Origin: Thalia democratica
Lineage: Eukaryota
Direction: 5' to 3'
DNA length: 64,000 nucleotides
NCBI GenBank assembly: GCA_965202585.1
Contig: CBDBBG010000062.1
Coordinates: 1 to 64,000 of the forward strand
Shown one piece after another: positions 25,913-37,798 of the stretch (position 1 is its first letter; every line of letters begins with the position of its first letter). The notes under the pieces were generated by a model that saw only the letters and a list, made by a program, of their open reading frames with translations, was not told the DNA's origin and ran no database searches. The position numbers and the translations under genes are program-made.

Positions 25913-26808
25913 TTACAACAAATAAAGCATCTAAAAGTGAAGAAGAACATGAAAACAAGATTTAAAGAAGCTTTCCCCGAAGAAATTAAATACAGAGCAA
26001 GAGCTTTCTTTGCATTTCAAAAAAAAGATGGCAAGGAAATTTGCTTTTTCGGACTTCACTCTCAAGAGTACAAAGACTGCGGATCGCCAAACAACAACAG
26101 AGTCTACATAGGCTACCTGGACTCCGTTAAAATAATTAATGATCGGATACGCTCCGAGGTTTACATGGAGCTTATACTTGGATATTTTGAATACTGCGGC
26201 AGACTAGGATACCGTTTTGGGCATATATGGTCGTGTCCTCCAAAGAAAGGTGACGATTACTTGTTTAACATTACCGAGCTAAAAGGTACCAGATCAACAA
26301 AGGCTTAACTTCTGGTACAAAAAAGGGTTGGAACAAGGAGAAAATCGTGGCTTGATAAAAGGATATCAAGAGCAGAATGATGAAATCTGTTCGGTCACAG
26401 AACATCCATACTTTGAAAGAGATCTCTGGACGGATATGATGGAAAAAGTTTTGGATCAAAAGATACCAAAAAGAAGAACAACAATAAATTCATCAAAAAA
26501 TACACAGTATGACGTCACTCAGAACAAAATTGTGTTAAGTAAGGCACGTCAGTATCTCAAAACCACAAAACAGAACAACTTCGTTGTCATACTTAACAAT
26601 GACGGAGCACGAAGAATAGACACTGATCCTGAAGTTGACATTGACTTGATGGACACGAGAATTCCTTAAATTGTGTCAAAAACAAGATTGGAAATTTTCA
26701 AGTCCGCAGGAAGCGACTGTTTCCACACAGCACATGCTGATTGAACTTTACAAAAAGTTTAACGTAGATCAAGAAAAGCCTAAGTGTTTTGAAAACTTGC
26801 TTGAATAG
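25913..26808 (+). pseudogene. Intronless p300/CBP-like (KAT11) histone acetyltransferase catalytic domain, two frameshifts
   Basis: Translation across frameshifts (~26280 and ~26660): KVKKNMKTRF..IKYRARAFFAFQKKDGKEICFFGLHSQEY..NNNRVYIGYLDSV..IRSEVYMELILGYFEY..GHIWSCPPKKGDDYLF / KVPDQQRLNFWYKK..HPYFERDLW..NNFVVIL..DPEVDIDLMDTR / FLKLCQKQDWKFSS..STQHMLIELY. This is colinear with the p300 HAT domain (FFGMHVQEY, RVYISYLDSV, HIWACPP..GDDYIF, WYKK, PYFEGDFW, DLMDGR..FL, EFSS..ST..MLVELH). Confidence 0.93.
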
Positions 26809-27163
26809 TTTTTACTTATTTAAACTTTAAGTTATTTTAACTGTTCTTGCTTAAGAAGAACGCAACACAACAGAAATATTTTCAACAGAACAAGCCACTA
26901 TGAACCGATACAGCATTGTCTGATGGAACTTGGTACAAATAAATTGGTTAAGCTGGTGAACTACGCCTGAAAACTGATGAAATATATTAGAAAACAACGA
27001 ATTAAAGTTACTTTATTTATTCAAATAAGTTTAAAAATAAGTCCGGTTTTTTACGCTGTTTAAACAAATATATATTTAGATTAAGTTACATTTGATGTTA
27101 ACATTTCAACCTTAAACGGTTTCTGTTCTTTCAACGCTAGTGAAAAATTATTTAATGAATATA

Positions 27164-27299
27164 TGCATTATTTGCCGTGAAAATTTTAATGCTATACAAG
27201 CACAGTTATGAAACTAAGCTGTTATCATATTTTTTGTCAAAGTTGCATCTGAGGTGATTTATATGTAATTCATATTGTCCTCAATGTAATGAACGTTTA
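27164..27299 (+). pseudogene. C3HC4 RING finger relic (frameshifted)
   Basis: CIICRENF.. / ..LSCYHIFCQSCI* / ..SYCPQCNERL gives C-x2-C..C-x-H-x2-C-x2-C..C-x2-C spacing after allowing two frameshifts and a stop. Confidence 0.72.
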
Positions 27300-27779
27300 T
27301 AAATAACTTATTATTTAGGAATCCCTTTTTTTGTAGAAAAATGTTAGAGAAAAAATACAGCAAAGAGTGCGAACAAACAGTTCTGAAGATTTTAGCAGTC
27401 AGAATGCAGGACTTTAAAATTTATAATGGCACTAACAGATAGAATTTAACAAGTTTCTCTTCACAAGGCGTGATATACAAGTGGCAAAAAGTGTAAGAAC
27501 ACATTTTGACTACAGTTGAATTCAATCTGTATATAACATTTTTTTTACAAAGAGATCCGGCCCACTGCAAACAATCTTGTCCACTTTGAAAATGGAGTCA
27601 AATTATAAAATAAAAAATGGTTTTTAAAAAATGACAAAAGTAATTCAACTTATGTTTTAAAATATAAAATCATTAGAACACCAAAAAATAAGTGACGCCT
27701 GTAGTGAAAAAAAATTTCTGAAAAACTTTAAAAATCCAGGTTAACTATAATTTTGATTTAACCAAATTAAAGTTTTCAA

Positions 27780-28070
27780 CTTTTTGACAATAAAAGTTGT
27801 CCCATAAGTTGTATCTATCAAGCGATCGTCGCCTGGAGACTTCAGGAATTTTTTTAGTTGCTTCATATTTATTAAAACTATAAACAAACAAGTTTGACTC
27901 TCACTCGCTCACAAAAAGAAAATTGCAAGAAGTCAATAACTTTCTTTTACATAGTTGAATACGTGGATGAAAAATCAATTAACTTGAACCACAAGGCCCA
28001 CTAAGAGGTTAACGCAGTGCATTTAGTTCCGTTAAAAAACTTGCTGTATAAAAACCGAATAACGGTCCAA
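27780..28070 (+). repeat. Copy of a dispersed degenerate coding-like module (also at 30380-30570, 36859-37350, 37459-37798 and reverse at ~45010-45060)
   Basis: Shared text GTTTGACTCTCACTCGCTCACAAAAAGAAAATTGCAAGAAGTCAATAAC and TACATAGTTGAA..GTGGATGAA.AATCAA. Confidence 0.85.
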
Positions 28071-29289
28071 AATAGAGAATGTACAAGATCATTTAGAATA
28101 GTTTTAAGTGTGGAAAAATACTAAATTTACACAAATTTGAAAACAATTATTTGTTTTTAAAAAGGTGGGAAAGGGAAAAGAATTTGGTGTCGTATTCAAA
28201 AATATTAGTGCCATTGACCACAATAATCAATAAACATTGTAATAAAAGTAAAATTTATAACTTTCTCTTGACACAGACCAAAAAACTATAAAAAGAAAAA
28301 GAAGTAAAAAACATGTACATTCATTAACATGTGAGTAAAATATATAAAAATGACCTGAAAAAACAGCATGTTTGAAATTAAAATTCTAAGCATTAACTTT
28401 TACTATTTAAACTTACAATGATTTTAGTTAAATAATTATGATATTAACCCATAAAAGTAAGGTAGCAGTTTCTAAACTCATTATGCCTATAAAATCAATT
28501 ATTCAAAGGCTTACAAGTACAAAAATAAATCATTTCGCAATAGGGCAGAAATTATTGAATCCGAATTTATTCAAACAAAAGAAAAGAGCGACTCTAGGAG
28601 ATTATGATCATAATAAAGTTTAAGTAATAGCTGAAGTAACTCATAGAAAAAAGAAAAGGGCGACCAAGACAATTCTGAAACATTAGGAGAAAATGATTAT
28701 AATTTAGCCAAGAATTACTTGATAAAACTCCTAAAGAGAAAAATTTGAGTGAAAAAGTTAGACGACCACTAACTAGAAATTTGCATAAAAAAAACCATTT
28801 ATGGATTCACAAAACAAAAGCATTGAAAAAAATATCAGTATGGATGGCTCCAAAAACTTGATTTTAAGAAAATAAGATGTTTTTTGGTGAGGAAAAGGCG
28901 TGCAAAGCATATTTAGCGGACTCAGATAACTAACTAGACAATTCTGATAAGGAAATATTATTACCAGTGTTTGGTGAAAGTTCGTTGCGTGGCAGGTAGT
29001 TTTTTATTTAACTGTTAACATATTTAAAATTAAACAACATATGTATTTGTTAATCACCAATCATAAAGTTTAGGAACAAAAGTCATGAAATTAAAAACAA
29101 GTTTCAAAAGTCTTTTTTGACAAAGAGACCTGAATACGACGTTACTTTATCTATTAAAGAGATTTTAAAGTCTAGAAATTAGAAAACATTGAAATTCGAA
29201 TGAAAAACAACTTCAAAATATTTTGCAGCGGCTGATATACATTAAGTTACTTGTCATTAGAATTTTAAATGAAAACTTACATTTTGTTT

Positions 29290-29650
29290 TCGAGACAATG
29301 TTCATTTTTTTGGTGCCTCAACCTCTTAGAAAACCAAACATATTATGTCAAAGTCAGCAGTTTTGAAATTTTTGTACTTAAAATTCTGATTGTTAATAAA
29401 TCATTGGTTATTTAATGATTTAGTAGCATATAATCAAACATAACTTTGTATTTAAATAACGTTTTTAATAGTTTTAGTATACAGCTATTTTTAGGATGTG
29501 GAGAACAGAATAGAAACGTAAAAACCAAGTAAGCTTTTAGCTTTTTACTTTTTAAATAAAACCATAGTTGATAAAATAAAAATTATACCATTAGGTCGAT
29601 GTTGATGAATTAGAAACTGAAAAAAAAATAGAGTGAAGCCGATTGTAAGT
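29290..29650 (+). repeat. Module with an inverted homologue at 46300-46670
   Basis: GACAATGTTCATTTTTTTGGTGCCTCAACCTC and CAAACATAACTTTGTATTTAAATAACGTT..GTGGAGAACAGA..GTAAGCTTTTAG match the reverse complement of 46300-46670. Confidence 0.85.
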
Positions 29651-30024
29651 TTAAAATATTGTATTTACATATAAAGTAAGTCCACAATAATTTTTTTAGT
29701 GGGAACCGAACACAGCAAAATACATAGAAAAACAGTTCCAAAATTTTTTAGTATTTCAAGTTGTCTTCTAAAAATAATAGTATTATATCAACAAAACCAC
29801 AGTTGGAATATATTTGGGAGTATTGTAATGATGATCCTTGAAGAAAAACTTCGGTCAGAAGCTATACCGGAGAAATAATGAGTATTGAAATCGAAGACAT
29901 GTTATCCCTCAACCCAAGAAACGTAAGAAGGTGCTCTTGGCTCAATGTTATTTAAAATAAGAAATCAAAATAATTAATGAGAAAGTGGTTAGAAAGATAA
30001 AACATAGAATTGATAAAATTTATT

Positions 30025-30122
30025 ATGAAGTTTTTAGACACTGACGGAGCAGCTACAATGACAGGCGTTAAAAATAGTTTTAGAAAACTATTAAGAAAAG
30101 AAAGCTCTAGGCTCATTTCGTA
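30025..30122 (+). mobile_element. hAT transposase catalytic-core fragment
   Basis: MKFLDTDGAATMTGVKNSFRKLLRKESSRLIS matches the hAT DGAxxMxGxxNGxxxxL motif. An inverted homologue lies at 47604-47890. Confidence 0.75.
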
Positions 30123-30797
30123 CTCTCAAGAGAGAGTGTACAAGAGATGATATGGTTTTAATAACAAATGATATTTTATCTTAGTGCAAATGTTCAGATT
30201 CAAATGTAAATTGTTAACATTTCACAGTTTATTTAACTAAATAAGTTTCTTTTTATTTTATTTTTAAACAAAGATAATTCGAGGATATTTGTTATTACCT
30301 TTGAATACGACAAAGTAAAAAGTGTAAAATATATCTGTCACAACCGTCTTAAGATGCATCAAAAGGGAATATAAGTAGAAAATTGCAATAAGTCAATAAC
30401 CATAACAATAAAACGAAAAGGAGAAAGACTTTACCTTTTTACATAGTTGAAAATGTGGATGAATAATCAACTGATTCTAATCACAAGATCACGGATAGGT
30501 TGACTCAGATCATTTAGTCCAGTTAAAAACTTGTTGCACAAAAAACGAATAATAATAAAGCTCATGAGACAAATACAATGGCATGTAGAGATTAGCTTAA
30601 CAAATTATTATGCAAATCTTACTAAGCAGACAAAGAGACACAGCAAGGACCGTGATTGATAAAAAAGTGATTTATTTTTAGGTAACCAACTAAAATACTT
30701 TACATAGGCAATTGAAAAAAGATGTGAACTAAAAAATGATTAGCAAAAAATCAATAGTGGAGTAAAATTGATTTTTTTTGTCCACTATTTGTAATAT

Positions 30798-30925
30798 ATT
30801 TCTGAAGACAGTGGGCTCCTATTGTTCCTTTATGGAGAGGATTTATTTTAAAAACTATTGGAGAGGTAGAACGCTTACAAAACAATCAAGCTGCTGAGGC
30901 TTATTTTCAAATGTGAAAAACCATC
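30798..30925 (+). mobile_element. Putative NOF/Rehavkus-like (MULE-related) transposase C-terminal fragment
   Basis: YF*RQWAPIVPLWRGFIL..ERLQNNQAAEAYF resembles the PLWxGxxL..RxxNxxAExxF pattern as I recall it from NOF-like transposases. It lies just upstream of the Ulp1-like ORF. Confidence 0.4.
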
Positions 30926-31082
30926 AATTAGCCCACTCTGAAAGAGAGAAATTGGCAATGAACGACTTAAAATCAGGAGTTTAGGGATATTGGGCACTTC
31001 CTACTAGCTGATTGCAACAATTAGAATATGTTTTACATGTAATGCTTGATTTGATTCACTACAATAATTTTAGCATTTTGAA

Positions 31083-32002
31083 ATGCAGCAACAAAAATTT
31101 ATTAACCTAAAAGCACATGGGTATTTGATAGGGAATGGGAAAAATCCTACAGTCTACTACAAAAAATACGTCATGAATTTCAACCTGCTGATCACGAGAA
31201 TAGAAGCTACAACGACTCGAAACAAAAGTCATTCTGGGTTAATCACTTCGAACAGGCAAAGAAGGATTCAAAGTGGACCGACAACGCGCTGAAGTGCTTT
31301 GTGTACAAAGAAAAAGAAGGGTTCATGAATCTCACGTTTAAAGACGTATATTCATTGGTGTGCGAGTACGGATGGTTGTCGGACAGCGTTATAACGGCGG
31401 TAATCAATAATGTTGTTAAAGAAGGAGAGTTGGGATTCATTGAAGTGAGCATTCTCAAGGCGTTGGAAAATCCTCATTTAACTAGTACCACTCCCACACC
31501 TTTCAAAGAAAAAGACGGATACATTGCTGTGAAAAACGTCGGTGGGAACCACTGGATATTAGTTTACTTCAATAATCAAACCATGTACGTTTTGGATCCT
31601 GTGAACAAGGAGTGTCGGCTTGCTCCAAGCAACTTCTCGAGGCCTTCAAAACGAACCACCACAACGAGAAAAACGCTAGCCAACAATCGACCAAGTGGAA
31701 TTTCAAAAGCGGCGAGTGGAAAGTTAAGACGATCTATCACACCCCTCAAAAAGACACTTCAACTGCGGGGTTCTATGTTTAGAGTACGCGTTGCAGATAC
31801 ACACTATTTTTCCCATCATTCCTGAGGAAGTAATAAACCTGAGGTCAGCCGGCAATTGTTCATGAGCAGTTTGCTGAGGAGCACCGGACTGTATGTGAAA
31901 GAAGAGAGTTCGGATAGCAAGTCGTATAGCATTCCAAAGTTTGTTATACAAGTTAGTGACTCTGAAAATGATAGTGATTCAGATTCTGAAAAGTCGGAAT
32001 AA
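31083..32002 (+). pseudogene. Ulp1/SENP-like (peptidase C48) SUMO-protease pseudogene, at least 3 frameshifts
   Basis: LTFKDVYSL..GWLSDSVI, KNVGGNHWILV..MYVLDP, then via frameshifts TPQKDT(F)NCGVLCLEY and an acidic tail SDSENDSDSDSEKSE* (TAA 32000-32002). The catalytic His/Asp/Cys and the oxyanion Gln are all present. Confidence 0.85.
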
Positions 32003-32339
32003 CTTTTGTTAACAGACTTATTTTACTTGACATTTTATGATATTAACTTCTCTTTTGTATGCTGCTTTAGATGTACTTTTAGGCTATTTAGCTTTTTTTC
32101 TTTAAAATTTTAGTAGATTTTTAAGTAACTACAAAAATCTACAAAAAGAAGTAAAAAACATCGACTCGTTCATAAAGAAGAGAGTGCTATGTCTGAAAGA
32201 GGCATTTTGTAAGTAAAACTACATAATGTTTAAAACAAAAAAAAATTAATATTAATGTTTTTAATATAAAGTATGAATTTCACATATTTCCTTAGCTATC
32301 TACTTTATTTACCTTAAAAATATCATACATAAACAAAAC

Positions 32340-33786
32340 ATTCCAGTGTTTGTATTAACAGTTTTATAAAACGAAAAAGCATTTATATCTTCAACTCATT
32401 TAAAAGCGCAGCTGCAGAGAAGCTTGAAGGAAAAACTTTTTTAAAGAACATTATAAGGGCGGGTAACAATTAAAAGGTCTCTGCTAATACCCCTCTGAAT
32501 CAAATTGAGAGATTCTTTAGGTTTAACAATAATGTTTGCTCTAAATCATCTAACAATAACAAAGTAATCTTTGCAAAAGTTACAGAATTTTATGAATATT
32601 TAATAGGAAATTTAAGAAGTTTTTAATGATGAAACATTTGATGGATGAAGCATCAAATAGCTCAATTAAATTCTACTAATTTAAGTTAAATTACAAAACA
32701 GATGAGATAGAATATTATTTATTGAATTCTTAGTCGATATCAACTATTACTACATCCTTGGTAGAGAAGTACATTTTTGGAGTAGGCTTCAGAGTCCTTA
32801 ATATCAGAACATTTAGTTAAAAATCCAATATGCGGAAAAAGTTGAAATGAAAATCAAAATGCCAAGAATTTGTAACAATACTTTTGCCCTGGTCAAAATT
32901 GAAGCCATCTACATCAATATTCAAACAAACAAAAATGTAAGCAGAAAGAATTTTATTATTGTTTTAAAGATGAAAGAAGTTTTGTTTGTATAATAACTTT
33001 TATTAAGCTTGTTTAGTTTCGCTGGAGGGGAAAAGGGACATGGCAATACTTGAGCTTCTTATACAAAAATATAGAGAATCTTTGGCGCGTAGAGGTCTGT
33101 CTAGCAAAGTTGCTTATGTTGGAAAATCTATTCAGCAGGAAGCCAAGCAAAAAGGTAAATTTAGTATGGCAAATGTTAGGAGTTGAAAAAATTTAAGTGA
33201 ATGTTTATGAACTACCAAGAATGTTTATTGATTAAAGTCAATCACCTTAGTGTGCCCGGTCAAGGGATGTAACGTCCTTGTTGGAAAGGTTCAATTAATA
33301 AAGTATTGAGTTATCAAGAACGTGACAGTGAAATCAACAAAACGCCAATAAGAATAGTAAAACAAGATTTGGTTGCAGTGACAGCGGTAAAATTTTTCAA
33401 GAATTTCTGCGCTCCGCACTTTTTTTTTCTAATAATTTGTTGAAAATAGATCACAGTAATTTAGTGAACACCGATAAAGCTTCAATCGATATACTAGAAT
33501 GTTATTAAAAAAAATCATTTAACAAAAGTTTGAATATCAATTCCCACCAGATACACTTAAACGGATGCAAGGATAATTTTTTAGATTTCCGAGGTTTTCA
33601 GGAAGGTCCCTTCCACACGAACGAAGGCAAACTGGATCAAACTTTTGGGCCGCATGTCATAGTTTATATATGTTGCATTTACAACTCGAGTACACAAATA
33701 CGGTGCAAAACAAATAATAATGAAATTAAAGGTAATATTTGGATATTTTGTGGTCCTCCACATGTTTATAAGTATCATTTACAACA
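32340..33786 (+). repeat. ~1.45-kb module, inverted copy at 40716-42180; partial copies at 24985-25150 and 63500-63660
   Basis: Long colinear near-identical text, e.g. GCAGAGAAGCTTGAAGGAAAAACTTTTTTAAAGAACATTATAA, GCTGGAGGGGAAAAGGGACATGGCAATACTTGAG and GGTTGCAGTGACAGCGGTAAAAATTTTTCAAG, read as the reverse complement in 40.7-42.2 kb. Confidence 0.95.
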
Positions 33787-34059
33787 TGTAAGGTACAAAA
33801 CCAATACTACAATGTTAAACGCCAAATAAGCAACACTAGTGTCAAACATTTGAACTGCAAGGAATTGTGTTCAAAAACTGGTCAAAAATGCAAAGCGCGG
33901 GTTTGTTTGTTTTTATAAGTAACAGTTTATCAAGTCAAATTAAGGATAAGAAAATCTTTGAAATCCAGTTGGATTAATATTGAAAAGAAAAACAAACGTC
34001 AGACGGAAGTCAGCTTAGCCTTGCAGCAAGCTCTTCATGGAAACATGAATGGAAGCAAC

Positions 34060-34245
34060 CACCTGATAGATGAAACTACTGGAGTCGCACATTCATCGGC
34101 AACGTTAAAACGTAACAAGGCAGCTATTGTCGTGATTAACACGCTTGGACCAATTTGCAGAAAATTACTTATGAGCAACCTATTAATAAAATGTTGCTCA
34201 TTTTATATAGATGAAAGCACGGGTACAAGTTTTATAGGTAAGAAG
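34060..34245 (+). mobile_element. hAT transposase fragment (region of the first catalytic Asp)
   Basis: RNKAAIVVINTLGPICRKLLMSNLLIKCCSFYIDESTGTS matches the hAT R/KxxxxxIxNxxG..L...FSxxxDESTDxS pattern. Confidence 0.7.
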
Positions 34246-36858
34246 GTGTCTTACATTTTTTGTCTACTTGGTAAACAGTATTAGGTTAACGACATTCACA
34301 ACCTAAACGACATGTATAAAATATTAATGACAGCATGGCCTACAAAAGACACCAAAAACTTTTTGGCATTAACTGAGGGGAAGAACAAATCATATGAATC
34401 TTTTAAGTTTTTACTCACAAAAGATGGTCATTTTGGGAGAGTATTTAGGCCTAAACCGGAATGGACATCAGAGAGTGGTCTAGAATTAGACATTGAGGTA
34501 AAAAAATTGTAGCTCAAAAAAGGTAGTAACATAACTAAGTTCCTCTATCTACATTTAGCACTATAGGAGTAAAAACTAAATTGAGAAGAAATCTTGTGCC
34601 TTGATGAAGAAAATTTCAAAATTCGAATTCGCTGTAAAAATGTATGTGATGTTAAGGCCGTGTTTTTTACAAGTTGATTTTATATAATAGATTTTTTTTT
34701 AAGCTTCAAGATGCTTTTTATCGTTTTTACCAAACAATTACAAAAAAGAAGTAAAAACATATACTTCTTCGAAAAGAAAAGTTTAAAAACGGCATTTATT
34801 AAGCATAAGAACATAATGTTTTAAAATAAAACAAAAGTTTTATATTAGGTATGTTGATGAAAATTTCACAAAATTCTTTAGCTATCTCCTTTATGAGTAT
34901 TTACCTAAAAAAATATCATGCATAAATAAAGCATTTGCTGGTTTAGAGAATATTAAACAGCTGACAAGTATATACTACATTTTTTGTTGTTAAACCATGA
35001 ATAAATTTTGTCTTAAGTCTTTTATTGACACCTGAAAGAAAAGATATCAAAACTTTATATAAGCATGTTTATATAACAGTTTAATTGCTATTGTGACAAT
35101 AATTACATCTGTCAAAAATTAAACAAACAGATCTAAAAATTATCCCTTTAAAAATAAAATTTATTCTAACATTGGATATTTTGTGACCCTTCACTAGTTT
35201 ATAAGTATCATTTATAACATATAAGGTAAAAAACTAAAATGTTAAACGCAAAAACAAGCTACACTAGTGTCAAACATTGGAACTGTAAGGAATTGTGTTC
35301 AAAAACTGGTCAAAAATGCAAAGCGCGGGTTTAATTGTTTTTATAAATTAATTCATATTTAGTAAAACTGTAAATACTTAGCCCAAACTTTAGTGTTATC
35401 ACTACTATAACTTTTAGAGGTTCAACAAAAATCAAGTAGATTCTAAAACAAAGTTAAACATTTAGAAAGTTTTTAATCTTAAGTTGCAAATAAATACTTT
35501 TTTGATAAAAATTTAACTGTTTGCACCTTAAAATGAAAAACTTTCTAAATGTTTAACTTTGTTTTATTATATATCTATTTTTCTAAACCTCTAAAAGTTT
35601 CTGGAACTTAAATAGAATTTCACCAACTAAAATCAACTTGAAGAATACTAGATAGACTTAATATCTTCAAATAACTATAAACTTTAAGTCAGAATATATC
35701 AAAAAATGTTTATAGTAGACATTATATTAAGTCCCTTGTATCAGTTTTGTTGATGTAAGTCTTTTTATAATCTTATTTTATACTACCATTCTCAGACACA
35801 AATTTACTGTAGCTAGTTATACATCAAAACTGAGCATGTTTTTAAATTTTAATAAAATAGTTATACGCAGGGTTTATTTGTGTAAGTATTTGTTAGTTAA
35901 GTTCTTGAAAATTTCTCTAAAAGGCCAACTTATAAAAATCAAGATGACCTTAATGCATTTTTCTATACTTTGTTTCCATCTATTTATGCTAAAAAAAGTT
36001 TAATAATTTATTTTGACATTTAAGTATCTTGGCTTTTAGCAAGTTTGAAACATAAAATTAACAAGTGTACCCATCCCATTAGTAAAATGTTTAATTTATT
36101 TTTAAAGCAAGAAATTTCAGAATAAAGCTTAACTGAATGTTTTATAAAAAAATTAGTTTCTTGTTTTCTTAAGTTAAAACCTAGCATCCTCGTTTTACCA
36201 AAGGTATCCATTGAGTTATTTTCATCTTTACCTGTTTATGTTGCTTTTATTCAACTGTAACTACAATGACTTCACTTTTTTTTCTTAGAGAACAAACTTT
36301 TTTTCATTATTATTTACAATAAGTTATTTCAAGTTGATTTAAAATTTTAGCTTTTGAAGTTTAGAACAAAAATTAAAAATATATAAAATAAAAAATCAGC
36401 AAGCATTTTGTGGAGAATGGCTGTTGTTATATAAGCTTGAGTGTTAGTTTGATAAAAATGGTTTATAGCTTGGTAATGGTTGACTAGTAGCTTTTTGTAA
36501 TCAAATAAAAAACTTTCAAAAAAATTAAACAAAATAACTTAACTTGTGTATAAGTTGTTGAAATTTCTGCTTCTTATAATTACACAGTATTTACAAATAT
36601 GTTTTTGTCTTTTTATGATTAAGAAAAAAAAGTTGGTATCAACATGTAGGTATAAAAAAAACTGGTAAATGCATTTTCACAAAGTTGGAAAAAAAATTTA
36701 ATTTGGAAAAACTTAAATAGAAACACTAAAAGAAAGTAAAAAGTTATCAGGAAATTAATAGTAAAACATTTTAGTTTACAACTACTGTAGTTTAAATTAT
36801 CATATACATAGAGATCTGTAGTTTGTGTTTAACTTTTACTTTTAAAATTGTTTTAAGA

Positions 36859-37798
36859 TAACATTATTACGTCAGGCACATGGTGTACATAGAGAAATTT
36901 GAGCCGATCACATGGTGTACCTGGGCTGGCTTGAAAACCCAAAACTTAACTTAGATGGAAATAATTAAAAGAAAAGTCCCACGGTCCAAATAGATTCAGC
37001 ACGGTAGACGCATGTAAAAAGCATTACCGGTCACTTGTGGCAAATGTTGAGAAAACACTTGTCCCGAAAGTTGTTTCCGACAAGCGATCGTTACCGGAAG
37101 ACTTCAGGATTTTATTTAGTTGCTACATATTTATTAAAATTATAAACAAACAGGTTTGACTCTCATTCGCTCACAAAAAGAAAATTGCAATAAGTCAATA
37201 ACCATAACAAAAACACTAAAATGAGAAAGCCTTACATTTTACATAGTTGAAAACGTGGATGAAAAATCAATTAGTTTGAACCACAAGGCCTAAAAAAAGT
37301 TTAACACACTGCATTTAGTTAAAAATTTCGTATAAAAACGAATAATAATAAAAACAAATACGTGGCACGTAGAAATGAGCCAAACAAATACGTGGCACGT
37401 AGAAATGAGCCAATCAAATACGTGGCACGTAGAAATGAGTCAAACAAATACGTGTAAATAACATTACTACGTCAGGCACATGGTGTACCTAGGCTGGTTT
37501 AAATACCCAATCAAAACTTCTCTTCAATGGAAATAATTTAAAGACAAGTCCGGCAGTCCGGATGGATTCAGCAGAGACCAGTAGGTAGACAGACGCCAGT
37601 AGATGGAAAGAATTACCGGTCACTTACCACAAATGTTCGGACCGTTCCGACTGACACTTGTCTAAAAAGCTGTTTCCGACGAGCGGTCGCCGGGAGACTT
37701 CAGGATTTAGTTGCTACATATTTTTTAAAATTCTCAACTAACAGGTTTGATTATCACTCGCTCACAAAAATAAATTGCAAGAAGTCAATAACCATAAC
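36859..37798 (+). repeat. Local direct duplication (period 600 bp) of the coding-like module
   Basis: ACATTA(T/C)TACGTCAGGCACATGGTGTAC at 36861 and 37461. Homology continues to GTCAATAACCATAAC at ~37207 and ~37798. Confidence 0.9.
37352..37454. repeat. 30-bp tandem repeat (AAACAAATACGTGGCACGTAGAAATGAGCC) x3.4
   Basis: Directly visible; translates as (TNTWHVEMSQ)n on the plus strand. Confidence 0.95.

Noticed and set aside
37352-37454. CRISPR-like appearance of 30-bp repeats
   Set aside because: Head-to-tail repeats without spacers in a eukaryotic context; no cas genes.
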